DNA from: an uncultured Lachnospiraceae bacterium
Lineage (GTDB): Bacteria; Bacillota; Clostridia; Lachnospirales; Lachnospiraceae
Direction: 5' to 3'
Assembly: GCA_910583835.1 (NCBI GenBank)
Contig: CAJTYM010000022.1
Coordinates: forward strand, 26-64,025
DNA: 64,000 bases
Of this stretch, positions 27,564 to 37,380 are shown in pieces; the first letter of the stretch is position 1; each line of letters starts with the position of its first letter. The notes under the pieces were generated by a model. It saw only the letters and a list, made by a program, of their open reading frames with translations. It did not search any database and was not told where the DNA came from. Both the position numbers and the translations under genes were made by a program.

Positions 27564-28655
27564 ATGGCAATAGAAAATTTAATCGAAAATGTTGATAGCC
27601 AGATTATTAAAATTAGAACAAAAAGTTTAGATGTATCATTTAATGAATTGTATGATATGTATCAAAATAAGGAATTAACCATTTCACCAGACTATCAAAG
27701 ACTCTTTAGATGGGAAGAAGAAACTCAGTCACGCTTTGTAGAATCTTTAATTTTAGAAATGCCTGTTCCACCAATTTTTGTTATAGAGACAGACGATGGC
27801 GTTTATGAGTTGATTGACGGTTTGCAAAGAATATCTAGTTATTTGCATTTTAGGGGAGAACGTTTAGGTGAGAGCGAAGATGATTTTTTAGTATTGCATG
27901 GATGTGATATAGTCAATGATTTAAACGGATTAACATTTGATAAGTTACCAAAAGCCTTACAAATAAAAATAAAAAGAAGTTTTGTTCGTATGGAAGTTAT
28001 TAAGAAAGAGAGCGAGATTTCCCTAAAATATCATATGTTTAAGCGACTGAATACAGGTGGCGAACTCTTATCCGCACAAGAAATACGGAATTGCACAATT
28101 CGCTTATTAGGTTCAAAAGGAATTGATTTTTTAGAAGAGTGTAGCAAAAATGACGATTTTAAATCTGTAATTAATAAACTTGCTTCAGATAAAAGAAAAA
28201 CAAAATATGCCCAAGAACTCGTTCTAAGATTTTTTGCCATTAAAAATGATATAGAAAACTATAAATATCCTGTAACAGAATACTTAACACGATACTTAGA
28301 AAAAATCACTACTGAAGAGATTCAGTTTGATTACCCAAAGGAAAAAGATATTTTTGAACAAACTTTCAAATATATAAATGAAAATTGGGGCGAGGAAGTT
28401 TTTTCCGGAAGAACGGCTAATGGAACTAGTAAAAACAAATTTGTACTTTACTATTATGATGGTATTACAATTTCAATTGCATCTTTGATAGAACAAATAA
28501 TATCATGTGATTGTGATAGAGAAATTATAGAAGCCATTAATCAAATTAAATATGGGACAGAACTTCAATCATATAAGACAGGAAGTGTCAATGGCGTAAA
28601 AACAAGAATAAAATTGTTTACGGAAGGAGTGAGAAGGATTCTTGACGGCAGATGA
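27564..28655 (+). CDS. DUF262 (ParB/Srx-like, GmrSD N-terminal) domain protein
   Basis: PDYQRLFRW, ESLILEMPVPPIF, IDGLQR and FKRLNTGG motifs; very AT-rich. Confidence 0.9.
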   Translation: MAIENLIENVDSQIIKIRTKSLDVSFNELYDMYQNKELTISPDYQRLFRWEEETQSRFVESLILEMPVPPIFVIETDDGVYELIDGLQRISSYLHFRGERLGESEDDFLVLHGCDIVNDLNGLTFDKLPKALQIKIKRSFVRMEVIKKESEISLKYHMFKRLNTGGELLSAQEIRNCTIRLLGSKGIDFLEECSKNDDFKSVINKLASDKRKTKYAQELVLRFFAIKNDIENYKYPVTEYLTRYLEKITTEEIQFDYPKEKDIFEQTFKYINENWGEEVFSGRTANGTSKNKFVLYYYDGITISIASLIEQIISCDCDREIIEAINQIKYGTELQSYKTGSVNGVKTRIKLFTEGVRRILDGR

Positions 28656-29319
28656 ATTGAGGGCGGCTCTTGAAGCAGAATTAAAGTGGCGACAGGAGGA
28701 ACTTGCCTTTTTCAAGAATCAATTAAACGAAATTGTCGAAGAAAACAAAAATAAATATAGAAAAAGTTTAGTATTGATTCTGTATTCACATCTGGAAGGA
28801 TATATCAAAATTTGTTTACAGACATATGTACAATATATAAACTCACAAAAATTAAATCGCAAAGATGTAAATATGGGATTGATGGTAGCAAGTATGCATA
28901 AAGAATTTATTGCTTACGAAAATTTAGACCGAAAATGTGAAATTTTTCGTAAGGAATTGCCTGATGATGCTCGTTTACATCGTCTTTATCGTCGTGTTGA
29001 TTTTATGGAAAAGGTGGAAGATTTCAAAGAACAAGAATTAAATATTGACGACCAAATAATAGATACGGAATCTAACTTATGGTACATAGTGCTGCAGAAA
29101 AATTTATATAAAATAGGATTACCCATTAATTTATTTGATGATTGCCAAAGCGATATTGATTCATTGGTAAACCGAAGAAATTCTATAGCTCATGGAAATT
29201 TTCATTCGGGGGTAACAGCAAAAGAATTTTCTAATTGGGAAACTAAAGTTTCTGATATTTTGTCAAAAGTAACAATATTAATTTATGATTATGCCAATAA
29301 TGAGAAATATTTAGCTTAA
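28642..29319 (+). CDS. HEPN-domain putative RNase (MAE_28990-like)
   Basis: LYSHLEG, TESNL and RRNSIAHG (RxxxxH); overlaps the DUF262 stop; TTG start. Confidence 0.85.
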   Translation: MTADELRAALEAELKWRQEELAFFKNQLNEIVEENKNKYRKSLVLILYSHLEGYIKICLQTYVQYINSQKLNRKDVNMGLMVASMHKEFIAYENLDRKCEIFRKELPDDARLHRLYRRVDFMEKVEDFKEQELNIDDQIIDTESNLWYIVLQKNLYKIGLPINLFDDCQSDIDSLVNRRNSIAHGNFHSGVTAKEFSNWETKVSDILSKVTILIYDYANNEKYLA

Positions 29320-29383
29320 ACAGCGTTGGAGAAATGCTTATAAGGGTGGGAAGAGGAGATAGTTTTCGTTTTTCTCCAAATAC

Positions 29384-29419
29384 TTAGCGCCCAAAGGCAG
29401 CAAGACCTTTGGGCGCTAA
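29384..29419. repeat. REP-like palindrome, short relative of the element at 51428-51560
   Basis: TTAGCGCCCAAAGG-CAGCAAGA-CCTTTGGGCGCTAA. Confidence 0.75.
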
Positions 29420-29454
29420 ATTTGTACGTCTCTTCCGCTTCAGCAAGCAAGCGC

Positions 29455-31647
29455 CTACTTTGCGCCCGCCAAACCTTTTACCTTCACCTCCAAGGTCCTG
29501 CTCTCCTTATAAGGACGGAATAACAGATAGATAAACCCGGCAATCAAAAGGATTGCTACGATTGTTCCTAAGCCAAAGACGCTTTCTGTCATCCAGGTGC
29601 CAATCTGGTAAATGCACAGCGCCACGAGATAAGCGAGGATGCACTGATATCCTATGGCGAACCAGAACCATTTGCGATTGTTCATCTCACGCTTGATAGC
29701 GCCCATCGCCGCAAAACAAGGCGCGCACAGCAGGTTAAATACCATGAAGGAATATGCTGCCACTGCGCTCATATGGCCTGCCAGCGTACCCCAGATTTCC
29801 GAACCGTCCTCTGCAACCTCTGCAAATCCGAAGAGAATCCCGAAAGTCCCGACTACATTCTCCTTTGCCACCAGACCGGTGATGGCTGCCACCGCCGATT
29901 TCCAGTCGCCCCAGCCAAGCGGCGCGAATATCCAGGCAAATCCATTGCCAATCATCGCCAGAATGCTGTGGTCAATCTCCATATCTTCCAACATACGGAA
30001 CTGTCCGTCCACCCAGCCAAAATATGTCGTAAACCAGATGAAAATCGTAGACAGGAGGATAATCGTCCCTGCTTTCTTGATGAAAGACCATCCGCGCTCC
30101 CACATGCTCCTGAGCACATTGCCCACGGTGGGCAGATGGTAGCTTGGCAGTTCCATCACAAACGGCGCCGGCTCCCCGGCAAACATCCGTGTCTTCTTTA
30201 AGATAATGCCAGAGCAGACAACAGCTGCAATACCTACGAAAAATGCACTCCAGGATACCCACCAGGCATTGCCGAAAAACGCTCCGGCAATCAAAGCAAT
30301 AATCGGCAGTTTTGCTCCGCAGGGAATGAACGTAGTCGTCATAATTGTCATCTTGCGGTCCCGGTCATTCTCGATTGTCCGCGATGCCATAACGCCCGGC
30401 ACGCCGCAGCCAGTGCCAATCAGCATAGGAATAAAGGATTTCCCGGACAGCCCGAATTTGCGGAAAATACGGTCCATGATAAATGCCACCCGCGCCATAT
30501 ACCCACAGCTCTCCAAAAATGCCAGAAACAGGAACAGCACCAGCATCTGCGGCACGAAGCCCAGCACTGCGCCTACGCCGGCGACAATGCCGTCTACCAC
30601 CAGCCCCTGCAGCCAGTCTGCACAGCCAACCGCTTCCAGTCCATTAGAAAAAAGCTCCGGTATCGCCGGAATATGGAGGCTTTCAATGCCGAACAGATTC
30701 CAGCCATCGCTGAACACGCCGTCATTTACCCAACTTGTCGCCCAATCTCCCACGGTCTTGACTGATACATAATAGACAATTGCCATCACAAATGCAAAAA
30801 TGGGCAATGCCAGAATACGGTTCGTCACTATCTTGTCAATCTTATCGGAGATACTAATCTTCTCTTTTCCCTGCCTGGTGCAGCAATCTTTGATAATGGA
30901 AGAAATATACACATAGCGCTCATTGGTAATGATGCTCTCCGTGTCATCATCCATCTCTTTCTCCAGGGCAGTTATTTCTGCCGTCACATCAGGCACATGT
31001 TTCATCTGCATGGCAATCTTGTCATCTTTCTCCAGCAATTTCACGGCAAAGAAACGTCTCTGCTCTTGCGGCACTTCTGCGCCGAGCTTATCCTCAATGG
31101 CAGTCAATGCACTCTCTGCTTCCGGCGCAAATTCATGTACAGCTTTCGCGGGACGCTTTTTCTGTGCCAATTCCACTGCTTTCTGCGCTGCCTCCTTCAC
31201 GCCCATGCCTTTGAGGGCAGAGATTTCCACCACCGGGCAGCCCAGCTTCTCGCTCAGTTTCCCGATATGTATCTTATCTCCATTCTTGGCAACGATATCC
31301 ATCATGTTCACAGCCATCACAACCGGAATTCCCAGTTCCATCAGCTGTGTACTCAGGTACAGGTTACGCTCAATATTGGTCCCATCCACAATATTTAAAA
31401 TAACATCCGGGCGCTCCCCTATCAGGTAATTCCTTGCCACCACTTCCTCAAGCGTATAGGGGGACAGGGAATAGATTCCAGGCAAATCCATGACGGTCAC
31501 GTCTTTATGCCCTTTCAGCCTTCCCTCTTTCTTCTCCACAGTAACGCCCGGCCAGTTACCCACAAATTGATTGGAACCGGTGAGCGCATTGAATAATGTT
31601 GTTTTCCCACTGTTGGGATTTCCTGCCAATGCTATTTTTACTGACAT
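29455..31647 (-). CDS. feoB: Ferrous iron transport protein B
   Basis: GNPNSGKT, GNWPGVTVE, DLPG G-domain and PFVMELP membrane domain. Confidence 0.96.
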   Translation of the reverse strand: MSVKIALAGNPNSGKTTLFNALTGSNQFVGNWPGVTVEKKEGRLKGHKDVTVMDLPGIYSLSPYTLEEVVARNYLIGERPDVILNIVDGTNIERNLYLSTQLMELGIPVVMAVNMMDIVAKNGDKIHIGKLSEKLGCPVVEISALKGMGVKEAAQKAVELAQKKRPAKAVHEFAPEAESALTAIEDKLGAEVPQEQRRFFAVKLLEKDDKIAMQMKHVPDVTAEITALEKEMDDDTESIITNERYVYISSIIKDCCTRQGKEKISISDKIDKIVTNRILALPIFAFVMAIVYYVSVKTVGDWATSWVNDGVFSDGWNLFGIESLHIPAIPELFSNGLEAVGCADWLQGLVVDGIVAGVGAVLGFVPQMLVLFLFLAFLESCGYMARVAFIMDRIFRKFGLSGKSFIPMLIGTGCGVPGVMASRTIENDRDRKMTIMTTTFIPCGAKLPIIALIAGAFFGNAWWVSWSAFFVGIAAVVCSGIILKKTRMFAGEPAPFVMELPSYHLPTVGNVLRSMWERGWSFIKKAGTIILLSTIFIWFTTYFGWVDGQFRMLEDMEIDHSILAMIGNGFAWIFAPLGWGDWKSAVAAITGLVAKENVVGTFGILFGFAEVAEDGSEIWGTLAGHMSAVAAYSFMVFNLLCAPCFAAMGAIKREMNNRKWFWFAIGYQCILAYLVALCIYQIGTWMTESVFGLGTIVAILLIAGFIYLLFRPYKESRTLEVKVKGLAGAK

Positions 31648-31692
31648 TTTTTCTCTCCTATCCACATTTTGTTACGTCTGTCTCTTCATTTT

Positions 31693-31821
31693 CTGCCGCC
31701 GCATGTTTGCTACGGCTATTTCTTCACTTGCTGCCGCCGCATGTTTGCTACGGCTATTTCTTCACTTGCTGCCACCGCATGTTTGCTACGGCTATTTCTC
31801 CACTTGCTGACGCCGCATGTT
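31693..31821. repeat. Tandem repeat, 38-bp unit, about 3.4 copies
   Basis: CTGCCGCCGCATGTTTGCTACGGCTATTTCTTCACTTG at 31693, 31731 and 31769; partial copy at 31807. Confidence 0.95.
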
Positions 31822-31838
31822 CGTTTCACCAGACCGTT

Positions 31839-31854
31839 ATTAGTCGAAACTAAC
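31839..31854. promoter_or_regulatory. Putative DtxR/MntR-type operator between feoA and feoB
   Basis: ATTAGTCGAAACTAAC matches the TTAG-N6-CTAA palindrome at 32369. Confidence 0.55.
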
Positions 31855-31873
31855 CAATACTTAAAAAAAATAA

Positions 31874-32095
31874 TCACATTACCTCAATCATTTCCGCGTC
31901 CGCTTTCCGCAGCGACAGTTCATATCCACGCACAGTCACTTCCACCGGATCCCCCAACGGCGCTACTTTCCTCACAGAAACATCCACGCCCTTGGTAATG
32001 CCCATGTCCATAATCCGGCGCTTCACCGGACCTTCGCCATGCAGTTTTGCAACTTTAACTGTTTTCCCGCAGGGAATCTGCCTTAATGTCTTCAT
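31874..32095 (-). CDS. feoA: Ferrous iron transport protein A
   Basis: RRIMDMGIT..V.V.KVAPLGDP...LSLRK. Confidence 0.95.
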   Translation of the reverse strand: MKTLRQIPCGKTVKVAKLHGEGPVKRRIMDMGITKGVDVSVRKVAPLGDPVEVTVRGYELSLRKADAEMIEVM

Positions 32096-32114
32096 CGTTT
32101 TCCTTCCTTTTCTG

Positions 32115-32333
32115 TTAAATTATGATTTTATTTGCCATATCCCGATTGATGGCGACCCTTGACTCTTTGACATTCACAATCATATTGCCGCCAATTTCCG
32201 ATACAACCGTCACCTTGCCTCCGCTTACAAAGCCAAGGTTTTCCAGGAATCTTCTGGTTTCCTCCTTTCCGCCAACTTTCTTGATGACATTGGCTTCCCC
32301 TGTTCTTGCCATGGTCAACGGCATCACAATCAT
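32115..32333 (-). CDS. feoA: FeoA-family protein
   Basis: RRFLENLGFV.G..V.V...SRVAI; first gene of feoAAB. Confidence 0.9.
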   Translation of the reverse strand: MIVMPLTMARTGEANVIKKVGGKEETRRFLENLGFVSGGKVTVVSEIGGNMIVNVKESRVAINRDMANKIII

Positions 32334-32368
32334 CTCCTTCTTCCTATGATATTTTTATCTCTTCGTTA

Positions 32369-32400
32369 GTTAGTATACGCTAACATTTATTAGTTGTCAA
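32369..32400 (-). promoter_or_regulatory. feo promoter with an overlapping DtxR-type operator
   Basis: TTGACA-17-TATACT on the minus strand; palindrome GTTAGTATACGCTAAC (32369-32384) covers the -10. Confidence 0.75.
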
Positions 32401-32496
32401 TAACTTTTTTTAAATCGTTAAACTATTTGCCATTTTGCACACAATCCAGTATACTTATATGGTAACTATCAATCTGATGATAAGAGGGATATAAGA

Positions 32497-32874
32497 ATGA
32501 AGAATACGGAATCTGCTGAAAATTATCTGGAAACCATTCTGATTCTGAGCCAGAGGCTTCCGGTAGTCCGTTCTATAGATGTCGCCGCAGAACTTGGCTT
32601 TAAGAAATCAAGCGTCAGCGTTGCCATGAAGCATCTGCGGGAAAATAGGCACATCGTGGTATCGCCCGCCGGATACATTACTTTGACAGACGCGGGCAGA
32701 GAAATCGCCGACATGATTTATGAAAGGCACAATTTTCTCTCTTCCTGGCTGATAAGCCTTGGCGTGGATGAGAAAATTGCTCTTGAGGATGCCTGCCGGA
32801 TAGAACATGTAATCAGCAAGGAAAGCTTTGCTGCTATTAAAGACAATGTGGGAGGATTTGAAACAAACAGTTAG
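32497..32874 (+). CDS. DtxR/MntR-family metal-dependent transcriptional regulator
   Basis: ENYLETI, SVSVAM, YERH and DACRIEHVIS; divergent from feo. Confidence 0.92.
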   Translation: MKNTESAENYLETILILSQRLPVVRSIDVAAELGFKKSSVSVAMKHLRENRHIVVSPAGYITLTDAGREIADMIYERHNFLSSWLISLGVDEKIALEDACRIEHVISKESFAAIKDNVGGFETNS

Positions 32875-32886
32875 GCAGAACAAAGT

Positions 32887-32924
32887 GGGGAAAATTGTGC
32901 CATACATATAGCACAATTTTCCCC
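32887..32924. terminator. Hairpin between convergent genes
   Basis: GGGGAAAATTGTGC/GCACAATTTTCCCC 14-bp stem. Confidence 0.65.
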
Positions 32925-32938
32925 GATAAACGGTTCGC

Positions 32939-34030
32939 TTACATAATGATAATATTATTACATCTCATATCTTTTCCTAAATCGTATATCTTCCCGGTCT
33001 CAATCCCTACCACTTTAGGGCGCAGGATATATCCCGGGTTATTCTGCACAACCTTGGCTTTCTCGCCGTTGCTGAGCTGCACAATCGTGTCCACGGGATA
33101 CAGAATCATGCTTTCCAGAAAACTCTTCATGACGTCAAGGTCCAGTTCCTGGGTCATGGACATTATCATCTCCACGGCATCTCTCTGGGAAAATGCCTTC
33201 TTATAGGAACGCTCCGTCACAAGCGCATCGTAAATATCAACAATTGACAGAATCTTGGCAAACAGATGCATCTTATCCGCTGAGACGCCGAGAGGATAGC
33301 CTCTGCCGTTCATCTTCTCATGATGCTGCAGGACTCCCAGCAGCACTGCTGGTGAGTAGCCCTCTTTCTCCTTCAAAATCTCATAGCCGTATACGGAATG
33401 CTGTTTCATAATCTCAAATTCTTCGTCAGTCAGCCTCCCAGGCTTATTGAGAACCTCATTGGGGATTTTGGACTTTCCCAAGTCATGGAGCAGCCCGGCA
33501 ATTCCTATCTCGTATACTTCCTTCTCATTCAGCCCATGCTGCTTCGCCACAATCATTGCCATCGTAGCGACATCCACACTGTGCTTAAAGGTATATTCAT
33601 CGCTGATTTTTAAGGTACTGATATCGACCGCTATCGCTTCATTGTCGGAAATAGCATGCATCAAATCACCAGTAATTTTATCTGTGGCATCTGCAAAATC
33701 CTGCGTTTCCGTGTTATTGTAAAGATACTGGATGCCTTCTGCCACACGCTTCTTAACGCTCTCTGTCAGCTTGACCTTCGCACGGTCCTCGACCCTGGTC
33801 TTTTCGATAACGCTCTTCGCCAGAAGCGAAATATTCTCCTCCTCCGGGTCTTCCTCTCCCTCCCGGATATAGACGCCATTAATCCCGAGCTTCATCAGGG
33901 AATCAATCAGGTACTCATCCATTAACGCCCCGCGGGCAATCAAAATACGACCTCTGCGGTCTACAATTGCCTGGTCAATTTTCATCCCTTTCTGTAAGGA
34001 CCTGGTCCTCATGAAAATTCTTTTAACCAC
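32939..34030 (-). CDS. HD-GYP cyclic-dinucleotide phosphodiesterase
   Basis: HSVDVA, LLHDLGK, HHEKMNGRGYP and DIYDAL; start placed at GTG after GAGG. Confidence 0.9.
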   Translation of the reverse strand: MVKRIFMRTRSLQKGMKIDQAIVDRRGRILIARGALMDEYLIDSLMKLGINGVYIREGEEDPEEENISLLAKSVIEKTRVEDRAKVKLTESVKKRVAEGIQYLYNNTETQDFADATDKITGDLMHAISDNEAIAVDISTLKISDEYTFKHSVDVATMAMIVAKQHGLNEKEVYEIGIAGLLHDLGKSKIPNEVLNKPGRLTDEEFEIMKQHSVYGYEILKEKEGYSPAVLLGVLQHHEKMNGRGYPLGVSADKMHLFAKILSIVDIYDALVTERSYKKAFSQRDAVEMIMSMTQELDLDVMKSFLESMILYPVDTIVQLSNGEKAKVVQNNPGYILRPKVVGIETGKIYDLGKDMRCNNIIIM

Positions 34031-34217
34031 AAGATTTACCTCTGCATCCAATGCCAAACATACGGCTACTTTTCTTAATGTTTCATAATTATGCACAGAT
34101 ACTTTGCATATCAAAGTATACAGGCACAACCATACTATTGATTATACACTATCTTTGCATAAATTCCAACAACAAATTCCAGTTTTGAAACCTCTCCATT
34201 TGGGCTGACGAGTGGGC

Positions 34218-36113
34218 TTAGGTTGAAATTTTCTGGGATTTGATGCCGTTAAACATTTTCTTATCCAATGTCCTGTATGCCCTTATCCTGTAATAGCGTT
34301 TCACATTTTTCTTAATTTTCACGCTCTTATCCGTGAAAGTGGTCTTAGATTTTGATGTAATTCTCGCAATTTCCTTGTAACCTGAATTTTTCTTGGCAGA
34401 ACTATAGATAATATATCCGCTGGCTCTCGTGTTCTTCTTCCAGGTCAGTTTGGCATATTTTTGGGAAGTAAGCTTCACCTTAAGTGTCGGGGCCTTCAGT
34501 ATAATCCCTCTGGCGCTGCCGCTCATAGGGCTCGTACAGTACGAGTAAGAATTCTTAGCCACAACCTTATAATAATAATATTTGTTAACCGCTGCTGTCT
34601 TGTCTGTAAACGAAGCTTTCTTGCTGGTGCCAACCCACTGATAAGTCCCATTCTTGGCAGTGGAACGGTAAATATCATACCCAGATGCCCTGTCCACTGC
34701 ATTCCAGGTAACCTTAAGGCTGCCATATTTCGCTGTTGCCGCCGGATTGCCCGTTGAACTTACCTTAACGCCAGTCGGGGTATCGCATGTCACATAAAGG
34801 ACGTACGATGCCGTATCTGTGCCATCATCCTGATTCTTGACCGTTACCGTAGTCTTGCCGGATGCTTTGACGGTAACAAGGCCGGTTGACGCATCCACTG
34901 TCGCCACCGCTTTATTGCCTACGGACCACTTCAGATTGTCATGGTTTGTCTGCGGCACGATCAGAATCTTATCGCCCTTTCCTGCCAGATAATACTCCTT
35001 GGCAAAAGACAGGGGCTGATTTATAATGATGCTGCAGAAATCCTGCAGCCCATCCGGGGTTTCTGCCATCACAATGGCATTTCCCGGTTTCTCTGCTCTC
35101 ACTGTCCCGGTTACCGCGTCCACAGCTGCCACATCAGGGTTTAAACTCTTATAAGTAACCAGGGAAGTGTCTGACAGACGGCTTGTTACCGTTGCGTGCA
35201 ATGTTGACGTCTCTCCCTGTTTTAAGATAACATTCTTCTTGTCCATCACAATAGAATCTGCCGGCAGGAAAGATATTTTCCAAAGTTCCTCTTTTGTGAG
35301 GTTGCAATTAGACAAATCTGCCTTTAAGGGGTCTGGCACTACCCCAAAAATCCTCTGATAAAAACAGCAGGCCGCCAGATAATATCCGGCATAAGTCGGA
35401 TGCCAGGAATCATTTCTCAGCATATTTATCTCAGGATAGAGCGTATTTATGCGGTAAGAGTGCATTCCTACCATAACCGCCTCTACGCCAAACCTGTGTT
35501 CCAATTCCTTAAATGCCGCCGCAAGGTACAGTTCCATCTCGCCGGTTGTCAGCGGCCTGGACGTACCATTGACATCAATCTTTTTTCCATTGCTAAATGC
35601 CGCATTCATATACAGCAGCACTGTTGCCTCCGGCTGGAAAAGTTTTACTGTGTACTGCAGCCTTTCCACTGCCGGAGCCACCAAATCTTCAAAATGTTCA
35701 ATCGGTCCCGTTGTCTGCTCCTGGAAAATGACATAATCCCAATGCCCATCCACCAAAAGCGTAAGCAATTCCCTATAATAAGAACCGTATTTTTCATTCA
35801 TTCCCGCATAGTAAGAGAGCCTTGACCCGCCATGCGCCAGTGTCGTTACCTCCAGGCTGCGGTTCTCGCCGGCTGCCAGCTCTACCAACGGCTTTTCCAC
35901 CGAATAAGTAACCGTGGTTGACACCGGCGTCCTGGAAAAACTGTTCCCTACAATCAGGACGCGCACTGCTTCCCCCGTACCGGGATTTGTCCCATCGTCA
36001 GGAGATACCATAGTCGCAGTGCTGGAAAAAGTCAGTTCCGATCCCGCATACACTTCCATGCATCCCATACTGCTCAGTACCAGGACACACAGCAAGCATA
36101 TAAATTTCTTCAT
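34218..36113 (-). CDS. Secreted SGNH-type hydrolase with Ig-like (Big_2) and Fn3 domains
   Basis: Signal peptide, VGNSFS, WDYVIFQEQ and DSWHP catalytic blocks. Confidence 0.75.
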   Translation of the reverse strand: MKKFICLLCVLVLSSMGCMEVYAGSELTFSSTATMVSPDDGTNPGTGEAVRVLIVGNSFSRTPVSTTVTYSVEKPLVELAAGENRSLEVTTLAHGGSRLSYYAGMNEKYGSYYRELLTLLVDGHWDYVIFQEQTTGPIEHFEDLVAPAVERLQYTVKLFQPEATVLLYMNAAFSNGKKIDVNGTSRPLTTGEMELYLAAAFKELEHRFGVEAVMVGMHSYRINTLYPEINMLRNDSWHPTYAGYYLAACCFYQRIFGVVPDPLKADLSNCNLTKEELWKISFLPADSIVMDKKNVILKQGETSTLHATVTSRLSDTSLVTYKSLNPDVAAVDAVTGTVRAEKPGNAIVMAETPDGLQDFCSIIINQPLSFAKEYYLAGKGDKILIVPQTNHDNLKWSVGNKAVATVDASTGLVTVKASGKTTVTVKNQDDGTDTASYVLYVTCDTPTGVKVSSTGNPAATAKYGSLKVTWNAVDRASGYDIYRSTAKNGTYQWVGTSKKASFTDKTAAVNKYYYYKVVAKNSYSYCTSPMSGSARGIILKAPTLKVKLTSQKYAKLTWKKNTRASGYIIYSSAKKNSGYKEIARITSKSKTTFTDKSVKIKKNVKRYYRIRAYRTLDKKMFNGIKSQKIST

Positions 36114-36146
36114 CCCATTCCCTCCTTTAATTAACATAAAGTTCCT

Positions 36147-37358
36147 CTATAAGTTAGTCCTTACCAGTTTCGGTTTATATCCCCCCCTTTCCAAGGCATC
36201 CATAATCTGCTGTTTATGCTCTGTGCCAAATGCCTCCAAGGTAATTCTCAGTTCCACTGCCGCATTGCGGTTGGTGGTAACAAACTGGTTATGTTCCAGT
36301 TTAATGACGTTGCCCTGTTCCTTTGCCATCGTCTCGGCAACCTTGCTCAGCTCTCCCGGCTTATCCGGCAGAAGCACCGACACCGTAAAGATACGGTCGC
36401 GGAAAATCAATCCTTGCTGTACGACCGAGGACATCGTAATCACGTCCATATTTCCGCCGCTTAAGATGGAGACCACGCGCTTTCCTTTGACCTTAAGGTG
36501 GCGCAATGCCGCAACGGTCAGAAGACCGGAATTTTCCACGACCATTTTGTGGTTCTCTACCATATCGAGGAACGCTACCACCAGCTCGTCATCTTCCACG
36601 GTGATAATCTCATCGATATGCTTCCTGACATAGGGAAAAATATTTTCCCCCGGTGTCTTTACTGCTGTGCCGTCTGCAATCGTACTGACGCCGGGCAGCG
36701 TCACCACCTTCCCCGCCTCAATGGACGCCTGCATACAGTTTGCCCCGGCCGGTTCCACGCCAATCACTTTAATCTTGGGATTTAACAGCTTGGCAAGCGT
36801 AGAAACGCCGGTGGCAAGGCCGCCGCCGCCGATGGGAACTAAAATGTATTCCACCAATGGCAGTTCCTTGAAAATCTCCATAGCGATTGTTCCCTGCCCG
36901 GTGGCAACTGCCAAATCATCAAAGGGATGGATAAACGTATATCCATGTTCTTTTGCCAGTTCATATGCTTTGTTACATGCCTCATCGTAAACATCCCCAT
37001 ATAAGACCACATCGGCGCCATAACCTTTGGTCCGGTTCACTTTAATCAATGGCGTGGTCGTGGGCATCACAATGGTCGCTTTCACATTGAAACATTTTGC
37101 AGCATAGGCAACTCCCTGCGCATGGTTGCCCGCAGAAGCCGTAATCAGGCCCCGCTGCCGCTCCTCCTCTGTGAGCGTGCTAATCTTATAATACGCGCCG
37201 CGCACCTTATATGCTCCGGTAAACTGCATATTTTCCGGTTTCAGGTATACCTTGTTGCCAGTCTGTTCACTCAGGTAATCGCTGTATACCAGCTTTGTTT
37301 CCTGCGTAACCTCCTGCACAATCCTGCTTGCCTCTTCAAATTTATCCAGTGTCAGCAT
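36147..37358 (-). CDS. ilvA: Threonine ammonia-lyase with a C-terminal ACT domain
   Basis: KPENMQFTGAYKVRGA PLP site, SAGNHAQG and ACT DKPGEL. Confidence 0.92.
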   Translation of the reverse strand: MLTLDKFEEASRIVQEVTQETKLVYSDYLSEQTGNKVYLKPENMQFTGAYKVRGAYYKISTLTEEERQRGLITASAGNHAQGVAYAAKCFNVKATIVMPTTTPLIKVNRTKGYGADVVLYGDVYDEACNKAYELAKEHGYTFIHPFDDLAVATGQGTIAMEIFKELPLVEYILVPIGGGGLATGVSTLAKLLNPKIKVIGVEPAGANCMQASIEAGKVVTLPGVSTIADGTAVKTPGENIFPYVRKHIDEIITVEDDELVVAFLDMVENHKMVVENSGLLTVAALRHLKVKGKRVVSILSGGNMDVITMSSVVQQGLIFRDRIFTVSVLLPDKPGELSKVAETMAKEQGNVIKLEHNQFVTTNRNAAVELRITLEAFGTEHKQQIMDALERGGYKPKLVRTNL

Positions 37359-37380
37359 TATAAATCCTCCTATATCTAAC

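Noticed and set aside
31693..31821. Possible CRISPR array
   Set aside because: Units are contiguous with no unique spacers, and no cas genes are in the window
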